From the IMG/VR virus record IMGVR_UViG_2565956710_000002: DNA of 14,827 nt. One strand, written 5' to 3'. The notes beneath the pieces were generated by a model. It did no database searches and had not been told where the DNA came from. It was given only the letters and a program-made list of their open reading frames with translations. This document shows, in pieces, positions 8,302-14,827 of this stretch (within the stretch, counting starts at the first letter, position 1; every line of letters begins with the position of its first letter). This DNA comes from a virus. Lineage: Duplodnaviria; Heunggongvirae; Uroviricota; Caudoviricetes. The position numbers and the translations under genes were made by a program.

Positions 8302-8489
8302 GGTGAAACAGGTGGAACAACCGTATTTTACAGGGCTGAACCTGTTCCACCTTCTGAAATAGTGAGGTGGAACAGATGTAACGCCAGCCAATCCGCTGTT
8401 CCACCTTGTTACCCGCGATGTTCCACCGGTGCAGTGTATATAAATGTCTTATAAAACAAAGCCGTAACACATGTTTCACCTGTTCCACC
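8302..8489. repeat. iteron array (TGTTCCACC/GGTGGAACA x8), putative alpha-binding origin (ori/crr-like)
   Basis: Copies at 8302-8310 (variant GGTGAAACA), 8311-8319, 8343-8351, 8366-8374, 8397-8405, 8419-8427, 8472-8480 (variant TGTTTCACC) and 8481-8489, in both orientations. An AT-rich stretch lies at 8431-8470. Phage P4 ori/crr use TGTTCACC octamers bound by alpha. Confidence 0.6.
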
Positions 8490-8577
8490 GCATCAGGGAC
8501 ATAAAGCAGACTGAAACAGAGGGCATTTTTATCTGGCTGGCTTTCATAGCCACGCCTGAATAACCGCAAGCGCCCGT

Positions 8578-8633
8578 TGTGCCAGCCACCACACACTGAA
8601 CACCGATAGTGTGCTTGTGTCAGCCACGACACA
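8578..8633 (+). promoter_or_regulatory. putative Delta/Ogr-dependent late promoter (two TGT-N12-ACA dyads) upstream of the sid-like gene
   Basis: TGT-GCCAGCCACCAC-ACA at 8578-8595 and TGT-GTCAGCCACGAC-ACA at 8616-8633. The centres are 38 bp apart and 81 and 43 bp upstream of the ATG at 8668, consistent with about -55 and -17 relative to a start near 8642. There is no good -35. Confidence 0.45.
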
Positions 8634-8667
8634 ATTGACGTAACGAACCAACCCGACAGGAGAAGTC

Positions 8668-9411
8668 ATGAACAATACCGCAGTAAATAACAACCTTTCC
8701 ACTTTTCCGGCTGTAACGCAGCGGGCACTGGAAACCATGAACACAGCCAGAAACGCATGGCTTGAAGCACGTCGTCAGCAGAAAGCGGCAGCGGATAATA
8801 TTGCGACAATCCGCCAGCGTCGCGCTGAAATGGAAGCCACGACGAACACACTGAATGAGGAGTGGCGCACGCTGTTTCGTGAAAGTCAGGGCGTGGTCTC
8901 AAAGGAAATGAAAAAACTGCGCACGGAAATTGCGCTGGGACGAGAAACGCTTGAGGATTTTGATGAGCTGCTGGCGGCTCAGGAAAGCGAAAATGCACTT
9001 TTGCCGCAGAAAGCTGCAGAATTAGCCGGAAAGTATATCCACGCGCATAACATTCTTGTGGATATTCGCGCAAAACAAATCTGGGAGGATTTTATGCAGT
9101 CGCATGGAAAAGCGCTTATTCAGACGCTGAGCCTGCTTAAATCCACAATGGGCCGGGAAGCCAGTGCCGTTGTGGGTGTGGTGAATTCAGTTAATGACCC
9201 GGACACAGTGCTGAAAGACTTTATTCATAAACATATCACCAGACCGGCTCTGGCTAACGATGCGATGCCTGAGCAGGACCCGGTGTTTAAACTGGCGGGA
9301 GTTGCCCCGGATTATGCGGCGCGTCTGGATTTCAGTAATCAACTCTCTCCGGCAGCTATGCATAAAATTAAGGTTCGTCAGGAACTTGCTGAGAAGGAGA
9401 AAGCAGTATGA
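8668..9411 (+). CDS. putative Sid-like capsid size-determination/external scaffold protein (assignment tentative)
   Basis: 247 aa, helical/coiled-coil-like composition, first gene after the late-promoter dyads. Size and position match P4 Sid. AGGAG 5 nt upstream of the ATG. Confidence 0.6.
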   Translation: MNNTAVNNNLSTFPAVTQRALETMNTARNAWLEARRQQKAAADNIATIRQRRAEMEATTNTLNEEWRTLFRESQGVVSKEMKKLRTEIALGRETLEDFDELLAAQESENALLPQKAAELAGKYIHAHNILVDIRAKQIWEDFMQSHGKALIQTLSLLKSTMGREASAVVGVVNSVNDPDTVLKDFIHKHITRPALANDAMPEQDPVFKLAGVAPDYAARLDFSNQLSPAAMHKIKVRQELAEKEKAV

Positions 9412-9959
9412 CGGCCCGAGGCACGCCTGACCAGGCACTTACCAGTTTTCGGAATGCCCGCATTCTGTGGGCCGGACATAATGAGAGCCGAAAAGCCGTT
9501 GAACAACAGATAACATCTCTCCTCGCTGCCACAGAAAAACCAGCAGATTATGCCCGACAGCTCGAATTACTGCGGGAACGTCTGGATGTGCTGAAATGGC
9601 AAATTAACTGTGCTGCGCGCGAATGCATTTACTCGCAGCATTTACTGATGGAGGCCTGCACAGAAGCCGCTCTCAGCAATTTTATGCAGGCGAATGGGGC
9701 AGCCCTGACATCTGCACTGGCTCCGTTCCTGAAGGGGCGCGGAGGGGTTGACGTTGCGTCCCGTATATTACGCAGTGCTCTGGTTCGCCAGCTGGCAATA
9801 ACACCGCCTGAAATTGCTGGGGATTATCGTGAGATCCTGGATGAATCCGGTTTGATGCCTGACCCCGGGATGATTCGTGATTGCCAGGGTTCTTACACCC
9901 CGGCACAACATCTGCGTTTTCAGCAACGCCTGAATGACATTAACGATATACAGGAGTGA
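9408..9959 (+). CDS. putative Psu-like protein (polarity suppression / capsid decoration); assignment tentative
   Basis: 183 aa, start overlaps the upstream stop (ATGA). Segments KWQINCAAREC, FMQANGAALTSALAPFL and YTPAQHLRF match my recollection of P4 Psu. Sits between the sid-like and ogr/delta-like genes. Confidence 0.6.
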   Translation: MTARGTPDQALTSFRNARILWAGHNESRKAVEQQITSLLAATEKPADYARQLELLRERLDVLKWQINCAARECIYSQHLLMEACTEAALSNFMQANGAALTSALAPFLKGRGGVDVASRILRSALVRQLAITPPEIAGDYREILDESGLMPDPGMIRDCQGSYTPAQHLRFQQRLNDINDIQE

Positions 9960-9964
9960 TATTA

Positions 9965-10237
9965 ATGGCACTTAAATGTCCGGAATGCGGTACAGTTGCA
10001 CACGCCAGAACAGCAGCCTATGAAGCTCCGTCAGTTAAACGCTCGTGGTATCAGTGCCAGAATCTGGAATGTTCCTGCACATTTACGGCACTGGAGAGTG
10101 TGGATAAGATAATCATGAAACCCCGGCGCAATGAACAGGAACCAGACAAATCACAACCCCCGGTAAAACAACAGCAAACGCTCAATCGCTATGGCTCCGC
10201 GTCAAAACTGTCAAGCCGTCAGCAGATTCCTGTCTGA
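9965..10237 (+). CDS. Ogr/Delta-family zinc-finger late transcription activator
   Basis: MALKCPECGTVAHARTAAYEAPSVKRSWYQCQNLECSCTFTALESVDKIIMKP matches P2 Ogr (CPxC...AHART...YQCQN..CS.TF..ESV..I.KP). GGAG lies 8 nt upstream of the ATG at 9965; the ORF track begins 9 nt earlier at a GTG. Confidence 0.85.
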   Translation: MALKCPECGTVAHARTAAYEAPSVKRSWYQCQNLECSCTFTALESVDKIIMKPRRNEQEPDKSQPPVKQQQTLNRYGSASKLSSRQQIPV

Positions 10238-10258
10238 TTAGAAAAAAACGCCCACGTA

Positions 10259-10284
10259 ATCCCGGTCGAGTACCGGGATTTTTA
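10259..10284 (+). terminator. rho-independent terminator after the late operon
   Basis: 8-bp GC-rich stem ATCCCGGT/ACCGGGAT with loop CGAGT, followed by TTTTT. Confidence 0.6.
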
Positions 10285-10631
10285 ACACCTTTTCCCTGGC
10301 TGGCCTGAGAGCGTATGAGTGCATGTCTATGGCGCATGAAAATGCATGAGTCTTATGCACCCTTTTTGAGGCGAAAACCTTTGTGTGGTGGTATCTGAGA
10401 CGATTTATGGCATGCATGAAAACCAGTCTGTTAAGCGAAGCGGGCAGGCGTGCGGGGCTGCCCGCGTAAGGGCGTTGAATGGTATAACTATGGCACGGTT
10501 ACCGCATGTTTTGAGCTGTAATCGAAGTTATGAAAATTACTATATAAAGCGGTCGCTGTTGTGGAGATACGATTGCGGGAAGTGATGGAAAGAGCTATAA
10601 AAAGTACAGAGGATAGTTTAATGAGGGTATT

Positions 10632-11909
10632 ATGAACCGTCAGCCGTTTACTTCAGCAGCACTTAAACGAAACTTAAGTGAAAGTGAGAAGGCTTATTAT
10701 TTTAAAAAAAATAATGTTGCTGAGTTAGAATCATTAATTAGTGATGCCGTTTTAATTGCTAATGAGAATTTTCGCTCTGGTGTGAGTGTAAAGAAACTAA
10801 ATATTAAGGGACGCTGCGTTTACACTGCTTCATGTTTGAAGGAAAAAATAATACTTAGACATTGCAATGCAAATTTAAAATGCCTTGAATCGCTTCGTCC
10901 CAAACAACGAAATACAATAATTAGTGAGCTTAAAATTTATTTGGAAGAAGGTACTCCATTCAAAATATATCGTTTGGATATAAAGTCTTTCTTTGAATCA
11001 ATTGATTTACCGCAGCTTTTTCAGCTCTTACATAACGAAACACGACTGTCTAGACATACAAAAAATTTGCTAGAATGGTATCTTAAATCGTGTGAAAGGC
11101 TTCACTCTTCGAAAGGATTACCTAGAGGGTTAGAAATTAGTCCTATGTTATCAGAATTGTACTTGGCACAATTTGATAATAGTATTCATAGGCATCCAGA
11201 AGTATTTTATTATTCAAGATTTGTAGATGATATGGTAATCGTTTCAAGTGGTTGTGAATGTGAAGCGTCCTTTATGGAATTTATACAAGATGTATTACCA
11301 AAGGGATTGGCTTTAAATAAAAATAAATTAAAAATATCTCCATGCATACCAAAGAGAAGTAAGGGTTCAAATAAACAGGATAAATTGCTTCATGAATTTG
11401 ACTTTCTAGGGTACTCGTTTTCTATAATAGACACACCTTTGAGCAAAGATGGTGAGATTAATAGCTGTTACAGAAAGGTTGTTGTTAATTTATCTAAATC
11501 TCGCCTGAAGAAAATTAAAACAAGAATAGCTAGGTCTTTCTACTCTTATCATATTAATGGTGATTTTAAACTATTGCTAGACAGGATTTCTTTTTTGACT
11601 AGCAACAGGGATTTAAATCGCAAAATAAAATCGTTAAGTTCTTTAGAAAAAAGCAAGATAAGTACAGGTATTTATTACAGTAATGCGAAGTTAGATGTTG
11701 ACTCCATATCCCTAAAAAAATTAGATGACTTTTTGCTATATTGTGTGCAATCTAATACTGGGCGTTTGAATAGTGTTGCAAAAAAACCTTTTAATTTGAA
11801 GCAAAAAAAAGAACTGCTAAGAAATAGTTTTAGAAAAGGCTTTGTGGATAGAGTATATAGAAAGTATAACTTTAAGCGCTATACTGAGATTACAAAAATA
11901 TGGTTATAA
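10632..11909 (+). CDS. reverse transcriptase 1 (425 aa), first gene of dual-RT operon; UG3-like by architecture (unverified)
   Basis: RT motifs read from the translation: motif 2 YRLDIKSFFESID (D116), motif 4 GLPRGLEISPMLSELYLAQFD, motif 5 FVDD (D199-D200, nt 11226-11231), motif 7 FDFLGYSF, plus a ~170-aa C-terminal extension. Strongly AT-rich. Overlaps the next gene by 10 nt. Confidence 0.85.
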   Translation: MNRQPFTSAALKRNLSESEKAYYFKKNNVAELESLISDAVLIANENFRSGVSVKKLNIKGRCVYTASCLKEKIILRHCNANLKCLESLRPKQRNTIISELKIYLEEGTPFKIYRLDIKSFFESIDLPQLFQLLHNETRLSRHTKNLLEWYLKSCERLHSSKGLPRGLEISPMLSELYLAQFDNSIHRHPEVFYYSRFVDDMVIVSSGCECEASFMEFIQDVLPKGLALNKNKLKISPCIPKRSKGSNKQDKLLHEFDFLGYSFSIIDTPLSKDGEINSCYRKVVVNLSKSRLKKIKTRIARSFYSYHINGDFKLLLDRISFLTSNRDLNRKIKSLSSLEKSKISTGIYYSNAKLDVDSISLKKLDDFLLYCVQSNTGRLNSVAKKPFNLKQKKELLRNSFRKGFVDRVYRKYNFKRYTEITKIWL

Positions 11910-13918
11910 AGAAAAACATTAAACTTGATAAGAAAGATTATCTCAGGGCTTTACTATGTGATACACTGCCCGGTGATTGTCCAATTATTTTTTCAAATGA
12001 TGGCTTATATATAAACTTAACAGAATATGATAGAGTTTGTAATGATTTGTTACATTTTACTCCGGTTTCTTCTTTCTTAAAAAAAATAGTTAACCCTAAT
12101 TTAGACTCTTCTATTAGTGTCGCAGATCGCCACCGAGAAAAGAAGAAACAAAGCTCCCCATTTGGCTATTGTATAGTAAAAGATGCCTTTAGCCAAAGAC
12201 ATCTTTCTTTAATTCACCCAAGATCTCAAATTAATTATTCGGAATTTTATAAAACATACTCATCCGTTATCACATTAAATACTTTAAAAAGTAATTTTTC
12301 TATTCGCTACCCACGTAAGGTCGCTAACTCTTTCTTTTTATATGAAAATAATGCTTTGGAAAAATATAAAGGGGAAGATATCGAAACAACAAAGGATGAG
12401 TTAATGAGGAAATATTCATCCTCTTATTTTAGTTATGGCGGTTTCAACAGGATATATAAACTATTTCAAAGTAAGATGTTTATTGAGCTTGAGAAAAGAT
12501 TCTCGGTGATGTGGATGTTAGATGTATCACATTGTTTTGATAGCATATATACGCATTCGGTTTCTTGGGCATTAAAAAATAAATCATATATCAAAAAACA
12601 TGTTAAACACAGCAATCAATTTGGACAAGAATTAGATACACTGATGCAACGTAGCAATAATAATGAAACAAATGGAATACCTATTGGTTCAGAGTTTAGC
12701 AGGGTTTTTGCAGAATTAATATTTCAGCGAATTGATTGCAATATTGAGTCATGCCTTCTTAGTGAACATGGATGGGTTAATAATAAAGATTATGTTATAT
12801 TGAGATATGTAGATGATTTTATTGTTTTTTGTAATGGTGAGTCAAGTGCCGAAGTTATTACAAAAATAATTAATGTGAAGTTAAATGAATATAATCTACA
12901 ATTAAATGTAAACAAGCTTAAGAAGTATTCTAGGCCATTTTGCACTAGCAAGACAAGTTTGATTGTCAAAGTTAATGAATTAATTCGCAATTTAGAAATT
13001 AAACTGTATGAAAAACGTGATAGTGGCTTTACTTTAAATAAAATAAGAAGTAAGCATGATTTAAAGATATATGTAATTAATCATGTCAAGTCTATATGCA
13101 TTGAAAATCAAGTGTCTTATTCTGATGTTTCATCATATATAATATCATCTCTTTCCAAAAGATTAATATCAATAATTGATATATTACGAGTTCAAGAAAA
13201 TGAAGATGATGTAGATGTAAAAAAAAGGATTAAGGACTTAATTTTCACAATAACCGATATTATGTTGTTCTTTTTCAGTGTTAACCCAACTGTTTCATCA
13301 TCTTATAAATTATCAAAGACAATGGTTGTTGTTAATAACTATTTGAATGAAATATCTAGTGACTATAGTAGTATTTTTATGACTACGTTAGTGAATACTG
13401 CGGAAAACATTAATTTTGGTGAGAATGATAATGGGCTGTTTATTGATGATTTCATTTCAATTGAAAAGGTTAATTTAATCTTGGCTGCTACTTTTTTTGG
13501 AGATAATTATCTTATAAGTGACAGTTTTTTTCATGGAGTTATACATAAAAAGAAATTGGACTACTTTACTATAATCTCACTGCTATTCTATTTTAGAAAC
13601 AGAAGATCATTCCGAAAATTGAAGTGTATAATAGAGGGTGAAATAAAGGAAATATTAAGTTCTAATATGGATTTGCTGCAATCATCGGAAAAGGCACATT
13701 TATTTTTGGATGTCATGTCATGTCCATTTGTCTCAATAGAGACAAGGCGTTTTTTATATAGAAAATATCTCAAGAGCTATGAGCCAAAGCTGAACAGAAG
13801 TCATCTGGAGATTGAGAATGATTTGCAATCTCTGCTTCAAACATATTGGTTTGTCAAGTGGGATGAGTTAGATATTGTGAAAATGATTGAGAAAAAAGAA
13901 TTGAAAGAAAGCTATTAA
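11900..13918 (+). CDS. reverse transcriptase 2 (672 aa), second gene of dual-RT operon; UG8-like by architecture (unverified)
   Basis: Motif 2 WMLDVSHCFDSIY (D208), motif 4 GIPIGSEFSRVFAELIFQRID, motif 5 YVDD (D305-D306, nt 12812-12817). About 200 aa N-terminal and 350 aa C-terminal extensions with no recognisable nuclease domain. ATG at 11900 overlaps the upstream stop at 11907-11909. Confidence 0.85.
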   Translation: MVIKKNIKLDKKDYLRALLCDTLPGDCPIIFSNDGLYINLTEYDRVCNDLLHFTPVSSFLKKIVNPNLDSSISVADRHREKKKQSSPFGYCIVKDAFSQRHLSLIHPRSQINYSEFYKTYSSVITLNTLKSNFSIRYPRKVANSFFLYENNALEKYKGEDIETTKDELMRKYSSSYFSYGGFNRIYKLFQSKMFIELEKRFSVMWMLDVSHCFDSIYTHSVSWALKNKSYIKKHVKHSNQFGQELDTLMQRSNNNETNGIPIGSEFSRVFAELIFQRIDCNIESCLLSEHGWVNNKDYVILRYVDDFIVFCNGESSAEVITKIINVKLNEYNLQLNVNKLKKYSRPFCTSKTSLIVKVNELIRNLEIKLYEKRDSGFTLNKIRSKHDLKIYVINHVKSICIENQVSYSDVSSYIISSLSKRLISIIDILRVQENEDDVDVKKRIKDLIFTITDIMLFFFSVNPTVSSSYKLSKTMVVVNNYLNEISSDYSSIFMTTLVNTAENINFGENDNGLFIDDFISIEKVNLILAATFFGDNYLISDSFFHGVIHKKKLDYFTIISLLFYFRNRRSFRKLKCIIEGEIKEILSSNMDLLQSSEKAHLFLDVMSCPFVSIETRRFLYRKYLKSYEPKLNRSHLEIENDLQSLLQTYWFVKWDELDIVKMIEKKELKESY

Positions 13919-14059
13919 TTTGATAAATATGAGTCGTGGTCAGTTTCAAAATACTTACGTCATCGTCGTCGGTGTATTTTATATCGATTATGAAGACGAT
14001 TTCGCTGGAACTGAAATCGGCTTGAATGCTTAAACTTAAGCTAAAAAAACAGTTTGAGA

Positions 14060-14090
14060 CCAAAGCCTAAATTATTAGGCTTTGGATTTT
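14060..14090 (+). terminator. stem-loop with short T-run downstream of the RT operon (terminator or structured RNA element)
   Basis: CCAAAGCCTAA (14060-14070) pairs perfectly with TTAGGCTTTGG (14075-14085), loop ATTA, followed by ATTTT. Confidence 0.5.
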
Positions 14091-14310
14091 CAGGTTCAGT
14101 TGAGAGTAATTGCTGTCTGTTTATTGCTTAACCAATACAGTTAGTGGTGCTTACACACCTGATGTTGAGAAACTGACCACACCAATACAACCTTTTGTTT
14201 GTCTTCAACTGTGTAGACTACTAAACACGAATCAGCAGTTAGGGGCATGTATGGGGGCATTGGTTTTAATTTTTTATAAAATATCAATTTTTTCATATTG
14301 TTAAGTTATT

Positions 14311-14335
14311 GTTCGACTCCTATTATCGGCACCAT
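14311..14335. repeat. att core direct repeat, copy 2 (junction between the two tandem elements)
   Basis: Exact 25-bp copy of the tRNA 3' end (1421-1445), followed by arm motifs similar to those after copy 1. Confidence 0.8.
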
Positions 14336-14488
14336 TCTAACGTCTCCCCAAGTCTACTCAAGTATTTAAAAACCTCTTATAATCAGTATATTAATGCCCC
14401 TTTTAGTCTTTTGACGTCTATTTAAGTACCCCAAACTCTACAAGCAATTGAGGGGATTTGCTGTTCAGTTTAGTGGAGATACCCCCAA

Positions 14489-14827
14489 GTGAAACTCAAT
14501 GCCCGTCAAATAGACACTGCCAAGCCAAAAGAGAAGGCTTACAAGTTGGCTGATGGTGGTGGTCTGTACCTCCTGGTAAAACCTGGTGGAGGAGAATATT
14601 GGCGTCTCAAGTATCGTGTAGCTGGTAAAGAGAAGCTGTTAGCACTAGGTGTGTATCCTGAGGTCACCTTAGCTGATGCTCCTGCAAAACTTGAAGAAGC
14701 TAAAAGAGGTATCTCTGGGGGAATCGATCTGATGGAAGTGAAGCGAGAGGAAAAGATTGCCCGGGAAACGCAGTTAAACAACACCTTCAAAGATATTGCC
14801 CTTGAGTGGCACAGTAACAAATTATAA
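14489..14827 (+). CDS. second P4-type integrase, N-terminal 112 codons ending at an in-frame TAA (likely truncated or disrupted)
   Basis: GTG start. MKLNARQIDTAKPKEKAYKLADGGGLYLLVKPGGGEYWRLKYRVAGKEK aligns with the first integrase N-terminus. Reading frame ends EWHSNKL-TAA at 14825-14827, where the first integrase continues for ~290 more residues. Confidence 0.7.
   Translation: MKLNARQIDTAKPKEKAYKLADGGGLYLLVKPGGGEYWRLKYRVAGKEKLLALGVYPEVTLADAPAKLEEAKRGISGGIDLMEVKREEKIARETQLNNTFKDIALEWHSNKL

Larger units (their letters stand above)
1421..14335. mobile_element. P4-like satellite prophage (integrative island) inserted at thrW
   Basis: Bounded by 25-bp direct repeats that duplicate the tRNA 3' end. 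Gene set is int, alpA-like, alpha-type primase-helicase, iterons, and Sid/Psu/Delta(Ogr)-like late genes; no structural phage genes. AT-rich cargo lies between delta and the distal repeat. Confidence 0.8.

Noticed and set aside
10360-10400. Possible P2/P4-type cos site (TTGAGGCGAAAACC resembles part of the P2/P4 cohesive end as I recall it)
   Set aside because: The match is short and my recollection of the cos sequence is not reliable enough; needs alignment to a reference.
10385-10585. Plus-strand 66-aa ORF between delta and RT1
   Set aside because: GTG start with no ribosome-binding site, lying in a repeat-rich regulatory region; more likely non-coding.
10632-13918. Retron interpretation of the RT genes
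   Set aside because: Two large RTs (425 and 672 aa) rather than one ~320-aa RT, and I see no msr/msd-like flanking inverted repeats; a retron cannot be excluded without a search, but the architecture does not fit.
10632-13918. Group II intron interpretation of the RT genes
   Set aside because: No recognisable maturase (X) or endonuclease domain, two separate RT ORFs, and no obvious intron RNA domain structure flanking them; the genes sit as an operon in a cargo slot rather than interrupting a gene.
14110-14304. Plus-strand 64-aa ORF near the distal att repeat
   Set aside because: Located in the AT-rich att arm with direct repeats, no ribosome-binding site, low-complexity translation.
1-14827. 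CRISPR arrays or insertion-sequence elements
   Set aside because: No regularly spaced direct repeats with unique spacers and no transposase-like ORF or terminal inverted repeats were seen; the only repeat clusters are the iterons, the operators and the att arm repeats.

Overview
The window runs from chromosomal proA and tRNA-Thr(CGU) (thrW) into a ~12.9-kb P4-like satellite prophage integrated at the 3' end of the tRNA, bounded by 25-bp att direct repeats at 1421-1445 and 14311-14335. A second, related P4-type integrase gene starts after the distal repeat and stops in frame exactly at the window end, so this looks like a tandem island array. The satellite carries an integrase, an AT-rich unknown gene coupled to it, an AlpA/Vis-like regulator, a divergent Arc-like repressor with tandem operators on a consensus sigma70 promoter, an early operon ending in an alpha-type primase-helicase, an iteron array, and Sid/Psu/Delta-like late genes. 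The most interesting content sits in the variable cargo slot between delta and the distal att repeat: an AT-rich operon of two overlapping reverse-transcriptase genes with intact catalytic motifs and no other recognisable effector. Its architecture matches the two-RT class of defence-associated reverse transcriptases (DRT type 3, UG3+UG8), but family membership and any partner ncRNA are unverified. All calls come from reading the sequence and ORF translations by eye; no searches, folding or composition calculations were run.
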